From: Myxococcales bacterium
GTDB taxonomy: Bacteria; Myxococcota_A; Polyangia; Polyangiales; DASUME01
Length of the DNA: 64,000 nt
NCBI GenBank assembly: GCA_047601445.1
Contig: JASGJH010000001.1
Location: forward strand, 3,744,001 to 3,808,000
Direction: 5' to 3'
The position numbers and the translations under genes are program-made. Below the pieces are notes generated by a model. It ran no database searches. It was not told the origin of the DNA and was given only the letters and a program-made list of their open reading frames with translations. Positions 54,066 through 63,635 of this stretch are shown here, one piece after another. Position 1 is the stretch's first letter, and each line of letters starts with the position of its first letter.

Positions 54066-54319
54066 GTGGCCTCTGGCAGGAGCGGGGCGGCGGGTCGTCT
54101 GGCGCCGAGTCTTGGCGCGCCCCGACTGGAAGCGAAGCGAGACCGGTGGCCCCTGTCAGCGGCCGATACGACGGAGACTGAGCCTGCGCGCTTCCTGCGC
54201 GCCTTGCGCACCACGACTGGAAGCGACCCCATGACCGTCCCCACCGCGCGCAAGCACGCCCGATGGCGCGACTCTCGGCCAGCCAGACGACCCGCCGCCC
54301 CGCTCCTGCCAGAGGCTAC
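54066..54319 (-). repeat. Structured repeat element, copy 2 (38-bp terminal inverted repeats), inverted relative to copy 1
   Basis: 54066-54103 pairs with 54282-54319 (1 mismatch). Confidence 0.9.
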
Positions 54320-54337
54320 GGGGGGCCTCGAACGGGC

Positions 54338-55705
54338 TCAGTAGACGTACGGAATGATGCGGTAGGGCACGCGCTCGCTGTAGCGCTTCCAGTCCGCACC
54401 GTACTTCTCGGCGCAGTGGTGGTCGTCGCGGCGTTCGCGGTCGATCAGGAGCGGGGCGAAGTACAGGAAGTAGAAGTACGGCACGATGTGCGAGAAGCCG
54501 CAGGCGAGGCACCAGGCGAGCGCCATCATCAGGTCGCCCAGGTAGTTGCAGTGCCGCGCCAGGCCCCACCAGCCCGCCGCGAGCAGGCGGGTACCACGCT
54601 GGGTCTGGATGAACTCGGGCTCGCGACCCCAGATCTTGGCGCCAGGCACAGTCTTGAAGCGGTGCTTCTGTAGGTTCGCCGAGCGGAAAATGTAGTAGCC
54701 AGCGAAGTTGAGCAGCACGAGGCCGACCACTGCGAGCCCCGACAAGGCGGGCGCGCCGTACACGAGATACTGAGCTTGAAGTGAGAAGTTGAAGGGCATC
54801 CAGACCACGAAGCCGAACGCGAGCATGAAGCCGTAGTTCTCGTAGTTGATGTCCCAGGTGGAAAGCATGGCTTCCTCGAACCAGAAGAAGTCGACCACGT
54901 AGGCGAGCTGAAACAGGCAGACCACGATCATGGCCAGCGAGAGTGCGCCTTCGCGCTCGTACTCCGCGTGGGCCATCAGGAACGTGAGCACGATCCAGGT
55001 GGTCATGCCGATCTTCGACTCGAAGAACATCTTGAGGTCGAGCTTGCCGATGCGCGGATTCAGGGACGTGCCCATGAAGTAGTCGTAGGCGACCTTGTCT
55101 AGGCTCGCGGCCTGGCTGGCCTCGAGCGCCAGGCTGCCGTCCGGCTGCATCACCACGTGCGCGTTCGCCTCGGGCTCCTCCGGCGGGCGATAGCGCTTGC
55201 CGTAGATGTAGAGAAACGCGCTGAGCAAGTAGGCAAACAGAATGGAGGTCACGAGCAGCGGGCCGAGCTGGTCGAGCACCGCGCTGCCGCGCAGCACGCC
55301 CGTGGCGAGCAGCCCGGCGAGGAGTGCCAGCGTGACGAGCAACGAGAAGAAGCCGTTCAGGCGATACACGAGGCGTCGACCGTCGCGCTGGGGCAAGCCC
55401 TTGTAGGCGCGTCCGGGCAGGTAGAGATTGAGGGCCAGCTGGAAGGTCACCCAGGCCACCACCCAAAACACGGAAGCCGCGGTGGGTAGGGGAAACTCGG
55501 CCAAGAGGCGCGCGCTCGGTAGCACCAGGGCGCCCCCGTGCATGTGCACGCAGATCCAGAGGTACACACTCAAGATCGGCAGGAGCACCATCATGGCCGT
55601 GGCGCCGATGGGCCCACCGAAAGCGAGCCGCTCTTCCCCTGGCTTGGCTTCGCTCGCGACCGCGCTGGCGGCGGCCGTACTCGAACCCTCACGAACTTCG
55701 TTCAT
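54338..55705 (-). CDS. ERG4/ERG24-family sterol reductase (delta14-reductase/LBR/DHCR7-like)
   Basis: FGGPIG, YRLNG, DYFMGTSLNPRIG..DLKMF, ANLQKHRF, LLAAGWWGLARHCNYLGD, RDDHHCAEKYG, VPYRIIPYVY. Confidence 0.95.
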   Translation of the reverse strand: MNEVREGSSTAAASAVASEAKPGEERLAFGGPIGATAMMVLLPILSVYLWICVHMHGGALVLPSARLLAEFPLPTAASVFWVVAWVTFQLALNLYLPGRAYKGLPQRDGRRLVYRLNGFFSLLVTLALLAGLLATGVLRGSAVLDQLGPLLVTSILFAYLLSAFLYIYGKRYRPPEEPEANAHVVMQPDGSLALEASQAASLDKVAYDYFMGTSLNPRIGKLDLKMFFESKIGMTTWIVLTFLMAHAEYEREGALSLAMIVVCLFQLAYVVDFFWFEEAMLSTWDINYENYGFMLAFGFVVWMPFNFSLQAQYLVYGAPALSGLAVVGLVLLNFAGYYIFRSANLQKHRFKTVPGAKIWGREPEFIQTQRGTRLLAAGWWGLARHCNYLGDLMMALAWCLACGFSHIVPYFYFLYFAPLLIDRERRDDHHCAEKYGADWKRYSERVPYRIIPYVY

Positions 55706-55891
55706 CGAGCCCCATCCTCGACGCGCTGGCACGAGGCCCCGCAGGGGCCCGACTCGGGCGCGTTCCGGGCCGAGAATGGCGCACGAGCGCGGGCGGCGCC
55801 AGTGTCGCGTGATTGGCGAAATTACGCGAAAAATCTCGGCGTGCACTGCTCACTTGGAGCGGGGCACAGGGGGCGGCCCCATACTCCCTGG

Positions 55892-56299
55892 GTGCCCGTG
55901 CGGACCAAGCGCTGGAACGATCCTGTGGACCCGGACGACGGCCTGCGCATCCTGATCTGCCGTTTCCGACCGCGCGGGGTGAGCGCGAGCGAAGCCACCT
56001 GGTCGGCTTGGTGCCCTGCTCTGGCGCCGAGCAAGCGCCTGCATGCCGACGCCTACGGGAAAGCGGGCGCCCCGATCGCCTTCGAGGAGTACGAGCGGCG
56101 CTTCCTGGGCGAGATGCGCGCGCAGCAGTTTTGGCTCGACGGCTTCGCCAAGAACCTGGTCGCGGGGGAGACCATCACGCTGCTGTGCTCCTCGGCCTGC
56201 GTGGACGAAGCGCGCTGCCATCGCAGGCTCGTCAGACGACTGTTGGAGGAGGCGGCGCGCAAGCTGGGCGAACCTGCGGTCAGCGTGATCCGACGCTGA
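55892..56299 (+). CDS. DUF488 (YeaO-like) protein
   Basis: DDGLRILICR.RPRGV, LAPS..L, ITLLC, CHR; GTG start inferred. Confidence 0.85.
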   Translation: MPVRTKRWNDPVDPDDGLRILICRFRPRGVSASEATWSAWCPALAPSKRLHADAYGKAGAPIAFEEYERRFLGEMRAQQFWLDGFAKNLVAGETITLLCSSACVDEARCHRRLVRRLLEEAARKLGEPAVSVIRR

Positions 56300-56302
56300 G
56301 CG

Positions 56303-56992
56303 TCACGAGGAGCGCGCGCGGAGCAGCCTGCGCACCAGAAAGCCCACCAGCAAAAGGGCAGCCGCCGCCCCGGCCACACGGCCGAGGGAGAAGTTGTTCG
56401 CACCGCTGACCCAGATGCGCGCACGATCTGCGAACACGGCGATCAAGAGGGTGCCAGGCACGGCGCCCAACGACGAGCCGAGCAAGAACAACGGGAAAGG
56501 GATGCGCATGCTGCCCGCGAGCATGTTCACCACCGTGAAGTTCCCGAGCGGCGCCACGCGCGCGGCGGCGCTGGCCCAGAAGGCGTGAGCCTGCAGGGCC
56601 TGGGTCACGCGCAGGAGCTTCGGCCCGGCCAGGGCGAAGAGGGCGCGGCTGCCCACTGCGCGCCCGGCCCAGTAGGTGGTGCTGGCGGCCAGGGCGATGC
56701 CGCTCAGCGCGAGCACGAAGCCATGACTGGAGCCGAACGTCAGGATCGTGGCCACCACCAGCAACGTGACCGGCAGAAACAGCGAGGTCAGCAGCGCGAA
56801 CCCCAGCACCACGTAGAACTCCACGGCCGGGTCCTCGCGTAGGGAAGCCAACTGGAGCTGCACCTGGTCGAGCGATCGGAACGAGCTCAAGTCGAGGATC
56901 CACCACAGGGACAAGAGCGCGAGCAACGCCGATAGCGGCGGCACCAGGAGGATCCAGCGCGCGCGGCTCGAGGGGCGGAACTCGGTCTTCAT
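56303..56992 (-). CDS. DedA/VTT (TVP38/TMEM64) membrane protein
   Basis: FLPVTLL, YWAGR, RVAPLGNFTVVN..AG, GAVPG. Confidence 0.88.
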   Translation of the reverse strand: MKTEFRPSSRARWILLVPPLSALLALLSLWWILDLSSFRSLDQVQLQLASLREDPAVEFYVVLGFALLTSLFLPVTLLVVATILTFGSSHGFVLALSGIALAASTTYWAGRAVGSRALFALAGPKLLRVTQALQAHAFWASAAARVAPLGNFTVVNMLAGSMRIPFPLFLLGSSLGAVPGTLLIAVFADRARIWVSGANNFSLGRVAGAAAALLLVGFLVRRLLRARSS

Positions 56993-57017
56993 GCAGGGCG
57001 GAGCTTAGCTGCTCCCT

Positions 57018-57788
57018 CTAAGGAATGCCGCAGGGGCCGGGCGCGTCGCTGCGCGCGAGCACCTTGACGGCGCCGGACCTGGCCACGTGGTGGGTGAACA
57101 GCGTGGCGCCGCAACGATGCTCCACCCGCGAACGAATCTCGAAGCCATCCGCGAGGGCCCGCTCACAGGCGGGAAGTTGCAAGCCGCACGCCGGCCATAG
57201 CTTGCGCTCGGCGTACAGCCACAGGCGTGCCTCGGCGGCCGTGTCGATCTCGCCCAGCAGCTGCTTGAGTTCCCGTGGCCCCAGCCAGACGCGCGGCTCT
57301 TCGCCGCTCAGGGTAAGCACGTACACGGCGTCCTGCACCGACGGGTCCGCCTCCACCTGGCGCTCTGCACGCGCAACGCGCTCCTCACAACGGGCCATGT
57401 CAGCGGCCGTGCCGCAGGCCGTCCCTCGGGTGGCCAGATCCTGAAACGCGCTGCTCTGCTCGCGCGAACGCAGCACCATGAAGTCTGGCTGTACGCTGAG
57501 CCTCAGCTGCTCCAGCCGAAACGGCTCCTGCTGAACGTGCTCCTCACCGAGCTCGCGGATCAGGGGGGCTCCCAGAGCCGCGCGCTCTGCCTGGCTGCGG
57601 TAAGCGAACGGCACGCGCCCGGGCTCGGCCGGCTGCCCGACCGCGGAACGCGCGGGCGTTGGTGCCGAGACGGGCGGTTGGGACATCGGCTGCACGCGGC
57701 CGCCTGCGCCTGCACATGCCGAGGAATCGAGCCACAGGATCAGCGCTGCGCCCGTCCGTCGTGTCACTGCCGAGGAGCCGCATGCCAT
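57018..57788 (-). CDS. Hypothetical exported protein
   Basis: Protein-like ORF with paired cysteines and GEIDTAAEA; start uncertain. Confidence 0.6.
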   Translation of the reverse strand: MACGSSAVTRRTGAALILWLDSSACAGAGGRVQPMSQPPVSAPTPARSAVGQPAEPGRVPFAYRSQAERAALGAPLIRELGEEHVQQEPFRLEQLRLSVQPDFMVLRSREQSSAFQDLATRGTACGTAADMARCEERVARAERQVEADPSVQDAVYVLTLSGEEPRVWLGPRELKQLLGEIDTAAEARLWLYAERKLWPACGLQLPACERALADGFEIRSRVEHRCGATLFTHHVARSGAVKVLARSDAPGPCGIP

Positions 57789-57817
57789 GGTGTCGCGACC
57801 TCGAGTATAGATTGAGG

Positions 57818-58027
57818 ATGGCGGACATCATCGACAAGGACGACAATCACCCGCCCACGCGGCTGCTCGTGCTGCGCGAGCGGGACACCATGTTGAAGGC
57901 GGCTCGACTCAAGCTCAGCCCCGGCCAACTGCGGCTGATGAACGAGGAGATCGAGGCCGCTCTCGAGCTCCCCGACGACGAGGCCACGCTCGTGCTAGCC
58001 ACGATCAAGAATGCGTGGCTGGACTAG
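57818..58027 (+). CDS. Small hypothetical protein (69 aa)
   Basis: GC3-biased codons; MADIIDKDDNHPP...NAWLD. Confidence 0.55.
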   Translation: MADIIDKDDNHPPTRLLVLRERDTMLKAARLKLSPGQLRLMNEEIEAALELPDDEATLVLATIKNAWLD

Positions 58028-58035
58028 TGGGGCAC

Positions 58036-59064
58036 TTAGACCGCGTCCGGACGCAGCAAGACCTTGCCGCTGTTCTTGTGGTGCTCGAGGCTGGCGAAGG
58101 CCTCGCGGACCTGAGAGAACGGGAAGGTTTGGTCCACGTGCGGACGGATCTTGCCCCGCTCGTAGAGTGAGAAGAGCGCCATCATGGCTTCGCGCAGGAC
58201 CGCGGTCTCCCCGAACAAGCGCCCCATGTTCACGCCTGCGTAGCCCTTGTTGTCGTTCATCAGCTTGATGGGCGTGAGGATCGGCGAATGGGCCAGAACC
58301 TTCAGCAAGCGCAGGAAGCCGCGACGCTCACCGTTGCTCGCGTTGGCGATGCCGAAGGCCACCAGCGTGCCGCCCGGTCGCAGCACCGAGTAGTCGCGTG
58401 ACCAGTCGCGCCCGCCGAGCGCGTTGTACACGAAGTCCACGCCGCGCCCATGAGTGAGCCGGGTGATCTCCTGGATGTAGTCCTGCGTGTGGTAGTCGAT
58501 GACGTGCATCAAGCCCTGCTCGCGCACGTAGTCGTGCTTGCCGGCCGAGCAGGTGCCGTAGGTCGTTACGTCGGGCACGGTGCGGCAGAGCTGAATCAGA
58601 GCGGTGCCCACGCCGCCCGCGGCCATGTGGATCAGCACGTGGTCGCCGGGCGCGATGCGCGTCACGCGAAAGAGCATGTGATACGCGGTCAGGTAGTTGA
58701 CCGGCAGCGCAGCGGCCTCTTCGAAGCTCATGCTGGCCGGCATCTTGTACACGCGCTCATGGGGCACACACACGAGGTCTGCCTGGCCCGAGAAGCGCGA
58801 CACGTAGACCACGCGATCGCCGACCGCGAGCCCGCGCACGCCTGCGCCGACCGAATCCACGACGCCCGCTCCCTCGTAGCCCAGCACGCACGGAGGATGC
58901 GGTGCATCCGGATAGAAGCCCTTGCGGGCCATGATCTCCGCGAAATTCACGCCTGCCGCGGCCACGCGCACGCGGACCTCGTCCGCTGCGGGCACGGGGT
59001 CCGGCCCCTCACGCAGCTCGAGGACTTCAGGACCTCCATGACCGGTCACCCAGATCGACTTCAT
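58036..59064 (-). CDS. MDR-family NADPH oxidoreductase, VAT-1-like
   Basis: AGVNFAE..RKG.YP, GYEGAG, PVNYLTAY, IHMAAGGVG, GKVLL. Confidence 0.92.
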   Translation of the reverse strand: MKSIWVTGHGGPEVLELREGPDPVPAADEVRVRVAAAGVNFAEIMARKGFYPDAPHPPCVLGYEGAGVVDSVGAGVRGLAVGDRVVYVSRFSGQADLVCVPHERVYKMPASMSFEEAAALPVNYLTAYHMLFRVTRIAPGDHVLIHMAAGGVGTALIQLCRTVPDVTTYGTCSAGKHDYVREQGLMHVIDYHTQDYIQEITRLTHGRGVDFVYNALGGRDWSRDYSVLRPGGTLVAFGIANASNGERRGFLRLLKVLAHSPILTPIKLMNDNKGYAGVNMGRLFGETAVLREAMMALFSLYERGKIRPHVDQTFPFSQVREAFASLEHHKNSGKVLLRPDAV

Positions 59065-59250
59065 GCGTTTCACCGTAGAGAGCTGCGCTCGCTGTGTCGA
59101 GTCACGCACTTGCGCACGTCCCAAAAGCGAAATCCAACCTGCTCACTGCGCACTAGCGCGAGCCTGGGAGGCCGCACGCGCTCGCGCAGCAGAACGAGGA
59201 CGCACCGGAACGCAAAGAGTGTCAGGCTTTGAATCGACCTGGAGGTTCGC

Positions 59251-60186
59251 ATGCGCGTCACGCTGCCGAGAACACCCGCTGCCGCACCCCAGATGCCTGC
59301 CATCGCAGAGGTCCTCAAGTCCAAGGACGTGGAGGACCCGGTGAACCTCTGGGTGCACCGGCCGTTGGCTTATCTGTTCTGCCGTGCCGTCTTTCACACG
59401 CGGATTTCGCCGAATCAGATCACGCTGTTTTCCATCTTGCTAGGACTCGCGGCGTCGCTGTGTTGGGTCATGGGCAACTCGCGCGCGATGGTCGTCGGCG
59501 GTGTGCTGCTTTGGGCCTCCGCGATCATGGACGGTGCCGATGGCATTCTCGCGCGCGCCCGCAATGCCCAGTCGGCCTTCGGTCGCGCCCTCGATGGGGC
59601 CGCCGACTGGGTCGTGGGACTCGCCTCGGTGGGGGCTTGCGTGTTCCATCTATGGCAGACCGGGCATCACGCGCTCCTGGCCGCGCTCGCCATGCCCACC
59701 ACGCTTCTCACGGTGCTGCAGTTCAACCTGTTCGACTACTACAAGGAAGTCTTCGTCCACAACACACGGCTCGACCGGCGTCGCGAGGGGCACTTCCTGG
59801 CGGACGTCGAGCGCATGCATGCCTCCGACAGCGTGCAGCACGGCCCATGGTACGTGCGCTGGTCCATGCGGCTCTACGTCGACTACGCCAAGACCCAGGA
59901 CCGCATCATCGACAACACCAACCCCGCGGCCCATATCCTGTTGCGCGAAGGTCCGCGCACCGAGCAAGCCGCCGAGCTCTACCGTCGTGAGAATCTACTC
60001 TCGATGCGCATCTGGGCCATGCTCTCGACCGCACCCCACGCCTACCTGTTCTCCATCTTCGGCATGTTCGATCGACTGGACCTCTACATCGCCTTCCGTT
60101 GCGTGGTTTTCGGAGCGCTCACGGGGGTCGCCCTGATGCTGCAGCGGCGCGCGAGCGAGCGAACCCTGGCCGCCTTTCGAGGTTGA
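59251..60186 (+). CDS. CDP-alcohol phosphatidyltransferase family protein
   Basis: SPNQIT; DGADGILARA...GRALDGAAD signature; GGAGG SD. Confidence 0.92.
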   Translation: MRVTLPRTPAAAPQMPAIAEVLKSKDVEDPVNLWVHRPLAYLFCRAVFHTRISPNQITLFSILLGLAASLCWVMGNSRAMVVGGVLLWASAIMDGADGILARARNAQSAFGRALDGAADWVVGLASVGACVFHLWQTGHHALLAALAMPTTLLTVLQFNLFDYYKEVFVHNTRLDRRREGHFLADVERMHASDSVQHGPWYVRWSMRLYVDYAKTQDRIIDNTNPAAHILLREGPRTEQAAELYRRENLLSMRIWAMLSTAPHAYLFSIFGMFDRLDLYIAFRCVVFGALTGVALMLQRRASERTLAAFRG

Positions 60187-60214
60187 GGGCGCGAGATTCT
60201 CTGGGCACACTCGG

Positions 60215-60259
60215 TCGTGGTCGTGGTCGTTCCGCATTTTTTCGGAACCACGACCACGA
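60215..60259. terminator. Intergenic hairpin of (GTCGTG)n units, possible terminator/REP-like element
   Basis: TCGTGGTCGTGGT..TTCCG pairs with CGGAACCACGACCACGA. Confidence 0.5.
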
Positions 60260-60296
60260 ATGTGAGGACGGGGGACTTGGTGTATAAGCGTGTGTC

Positions 60297-61139
60297 GTGG
60301 CCACCCGCTGCACACTGAGAACCGACGTCGCTCGAGCGCGCATGGGCGCGCTGGGACAGACACAGGCTTCGCTCGCTTCCGCCTGTGACATCGACGTGCG
60401 CACCGTGCAGCGCTGGTTCGCGGGTCAGGGCGTCAACCTCGCAGATGCCGAACGCGTGGCGGTGCATCTCGGCGTCGGTACGGGCGATCTGTTCGAAGGG
60501 GTCCCTGCAGAGGCTGGGCCCACGGGCGCCCGGCTGCGCCTCCTGCAGCGCTTGCTCGGTGCGCGCGACATCGCCTTCGCCCAGGGCTTCAGGCTGCTGG
60601 GCGAGCACTTCGACATCGTGCTCGAGTCAGTCTCGTTCGCCGCCCACCCGGTGCATGGATTCGTGTCCCGGCACTCCATCGCGGAGTCTTTCCGTCACGG
60701 CTTCGTCGTGTTCCGACTCGCCTGCGGCGAGCAGGCCGCGAATCTGGAAGTGCGTTGTCAGGTGGGTCGCCAGTTCAGCTACGTGGTCGGCAAGGTGCGC
60801 CTGCGTGGAGATCAGGCGGCGATGGTGGAGACCTTCCAGAACCACTCGATGCTCGCGCGACGCGCGCCGGACGGCTCGCTCGCACTGTGGTTCTGGGTCG
60901 GCGCGGAACACCGCGAAGTGGTGTTCGTGGGTAACCGGGAATTCACCACCACGCTCGAACCGCGCGCGCATTCACAGCTGTGTGCGCTGGACGGCCCCGA
61001 GGCGCCTCACATCCTGTGTTTTCGGCCCAATGTCGTCGACTTGCGCGCAGCAGGACTGCCCAGGGGCTTCGACCGACTGACGGGCCCGCGCGAAGGCCGC
61101 GTGGACGTTCCCTTGAGTTGGGACGACGACCCCAGCTGA
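60297..61139 (+). CDS. XRE-type HTH regulator with unrecognised C-terminal domain
   Basis: TQASLASACDIDVRTVQRWFAG...VAVHLGV...DLF. Confidence 0.75.
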   Translation: MATRCTLRTDVARARMGALGQTQASLASACDIDVRTVQRWFAGQGVNLADAERVAVHLGVGTGDLFEGVPAEAGPTGARLRLLQRLLGARDIAFAQGFRLLGEHFDIVLESVSFAAHPVHGFVSRHSIAESFRHGFVVFRLACGEQAANLEVRCQVGRQFSYVVGKVRLRGDQAAMVETFQNHSMLARRAPDGSLALWFWVGAEHREVVFVGNREFTTTLEPRAHSQLCALDGPEAPHILCFRPNVVDLRAAGLPRGFDRLTGPREGRVDVPLSWDDDPS

Positions 61140-61262
61140 GCACAGCGCGGGGCGTCGCGACGTGAGCGGGGACACGACAAATGGGCGCGCCAGAGTGCGT
61201 TCCTGTCGTGCGCCAGTCGTTGCGACTTCACGACGACCCGACGTACATCCAGAGAGCCCGTC

Positions 61263-63290
61263 ATGCGACTCCTGGTCCTCTCCAGCTTGCTGCTGCTCGT
61301 CGCCTGCTCCGGGCAGACGGCGCTGCGCTCGCTCGATGAATCCGGCACGGCCTTCGACGACGACGCAGCGGTGCGCGACGATCCCACGTCACCCGGCCAG
61401 CGAACGGGCGTCTACGTGGCGCCTGGTCCCGCGTTCGAGGAGGAGCTCGCGGCCTTGTTGGCGTTTCGGCGTACTGCAGCGGGCGATTGTCCTGGCCTCG
61501 CGCAGGCGGGCGGCTGTGGCAACGGCACGTGCGAGTTGGGCGAGACGCGCAGCACGTGTCCGGCGGACTGCGTATTCCACCTGGTGGGTGCCTACAACGA
61601 TCTACCCATCTGCCCGGACTATCAACGCCGCGTGGTCGCCCACTCCGTGAAAGAGGTGCAGGAAGCCGTGCAGCAAGCGCTCCACGCCGGCCAGCGCGTA
61701 CGCGCCGTGGGAGCGCGCCACTCGGCGAGCGCCGCGATCTGTGGGGACGGCATGGCCATCGACATGAGCGAGTTCGCGGACCTCGAGGCGACGCGCATCG
61801 AGGACGGCGTGGCCTACGTGCAGCCTGGCGTGCGCATGATCGATCTTGGTGACTACCTGTTCGAGCGCGGCTTCGGCATCGGCTTCACGCACCTCGGCTT
61901 CCGCGGCGTCACTGTGGCGGGCGCCATCGGGACCTCCGCGCACGGCTCCTCGCCCATCCACAACAACAGCCTGTCGCACCGCGTGGCGAGCCTTACCCTG
62001 GTGCTCGCCGACGGTTCGCTGCGCACCTACCATGAGCGCGAGACCACCTCGGATCTGTGGAGGGCCCTGACCACGCATCTCGGGCTGCTCGGCGTGATCG
62101 TGGAGGTGGGCGTGCATCTCGAGCCGGCGTTCCAGCTGGACACGCAAATCGACTTGGTGGACGAGAGCACCATGCTCGACGGCGAGGGCGCACGGGCGTT
62201 GCTCGAGGGCTGCGACTGGGGTCAGTTCAACTGGTTCCCACACCACCACCAGGCCTTCCGTTGGTGCGGAACGATCAGCAGCAGCGCAGGCAGCGAACGC
62301 GTCGACAACGTGTTGCTCGACCCAGGTGTCAGTCCCGATCTGGCGGAGCTCGCCAAGGCAGGCTTTCACGCGGGCACTTGCGACGCGGCCTTCAACGCAG
62401 CGCTCGAAGATGCGCGCTTCGACGGCCTCAAGAACAACCCGCCGCTGCGCGTGACCCACGCCGACGGCAGCACCTCCTATGCGGACCACGCCGTCGGACC
62501 GGCGCACCGCATGACCTCGGCAGACCTGATCGCGCTGGGCGACGACAAGTACTTCCAGATGGACTGGGAAGTGGCTGTGCCGCAGCAATACATCGGCGAC
62601 GCGCTACGTGCGGCGAGGCAAGTCTTCGATGCCCACGATGTGAGCCTACCGGGCGTGGGTGTGTTCGTGCGCTTCGGGAAGATCGAGAAGGGCAGCTGGC
62701 TGAGCTATCACAGCGCGGGCGCTGACTTTGCCGAAGGGCAGACCGCCATGTTCTTCGAGACCCCCGTGGCGGTGCCGGCCGGCTACTCGGACGCCGAGCT
62801 GCGCGACTACCTGCGCATCTACCAGGGCTTGATCGGCCTGTTCATCCGGCACTTCGGAGCGCGCGCCCACTGGGGCAAGAATCTCGACGAGGTGTTCGAG
62901 CTGCAACAGGGGGTCGGCACCTACGCCGGACGCCTGGACAAGATGAACCGTGCGGTCGCCATGCTCGACCCGTTCGGTGTGTTTGCCAACGACTTCGCCC
63001 GGCGCATCGGCATCCACTGGCCGCGCCAGACCGAGGGGTTCGACGAGCTCACGTCCGAGGTCCAGCCCTGCGGCGTGGAGGCCGACCCCAAGTGCGCCTA
63101 CCAAGCTCGCGTCACCTACGCCAACGGCTGCCGCGCGCAGGCCGCCGGTGAGGACGCCCAGGGGCTCTTGCCCGGTCCCTGCGACGGGCTGATCTGGGAA
63201 CCCTGCTCGGCCATCGACCCTCGCACCTGCGTCTGGGATCGGAAGCAGCACGAGCAGTCCGCCTTCGCGCCAGCCTTGGTCAGCTACTGA
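61263..63290 (+). CDS. FAD-linked aldonolactone oxidase family (GulLO/ALO-like) lipoprotein with Cys-rich termini
   Basis: LVAC lipobox; RAVGARHS, VAGAIGTSAHGS, LGLLGVI, HWGKN, LDPFGVF. Confidence 0.9.
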   Translation: MRLLVLSSLLLLVACSGQTALRSLDESGTAFDDDAAVRDDPTSPGQRTGVYVAPGPAFEEELAALLAFRRTAAGDCPGLAQAGGCGNGTCELGETRSTCPADCVFHLVGAYNDLPICPDYQRRVVAHSVKEVQEAVQQALHAGQRVRAVGARHSASAAICGDGMAIDMSEFADLEATRIEDGVAYVQPGVRMIDLGDYLFERGFGIGFTHLGFRGVTVAGAIGTSAHGSSPIHNNSLSHRVASLTLVLADGSLRTYHERETTSDLWRALTTHLGLLGVIVEVGVHLEPAFQLDTQIDLVDESTMLDGEGARALLEGCDWGQFNWFPHHHQAFRWCGTISSSAGSERVDNVLLDPGVSPDLAELAKAGFHAGTCDAAFNAALEDARFDGLKNNPPLRVTHADGSTSYADHAVGPAHRMTSADLIALGDDKYFQMDWEVAVPQQYIGDALRAARQVFDAHDVSLPGVGVFVRFGKIEKGSWLSYHSAGADFAEGQTAMFFETPVAVPAGYSDAELRDYLRIYQGLIGLFIRHFGARAHWGKNLDEVFELQQGVGTYAGRLDKMNRAVAMLDPFGVFANDFARRIGIHWPRQTEGFDELTSEVQPCGVEADPKCAYQARVTYANGCRAQAAGEDAQGLLPGPCDGLIWEPCSAIDPRTCVWDRKQHEQSAFAPALVSY

Positions 63291-63635
63291 GGAGAACCGA
63301 GGATCCGTCTGGTCTAAGCCCGGAACCTCGCGGCGAACTCAAGCCCTACCCGATCGGGTGGTCTGCCGGAGTCCGCAAGGGTTGGCTGCGGACCACACTG
63401 CTTACACCTACGCCAGTCCACTCCTGCGGCCTCGGTTCGCCGCGCCGCTCATGCGCCGCCAATCCGTGCGCAACATCGCGCGCCACTCCCATTTTTGAGG
63501 GTGTATTTGGCAATCGCCCCACGTAGCCTATGCGGGCACGCGGAGCCGACTCACCGCTGCGGCGGGGAGCTCTGTGGATCGGCGTGGAGGTGCACCGCCT
63601 CCGCGTCAGCGCGCGTCGGACGGGGGACATCGAGA

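Noticed and set aside
53495..54319. IS element, hammerhead ribozyme or coding ORFs in the repeat region
   Set aside because: No transposase or target-site duplication, no CUGANGA/GAAA core, and the ORFs are only translations of the repeat.
63530..63625. Hairpins upstream of the last lipoprotein gene
   Set aside because: Two GC-rich stems without a convincing closing helix or known motif; expected by chance at this GC content.
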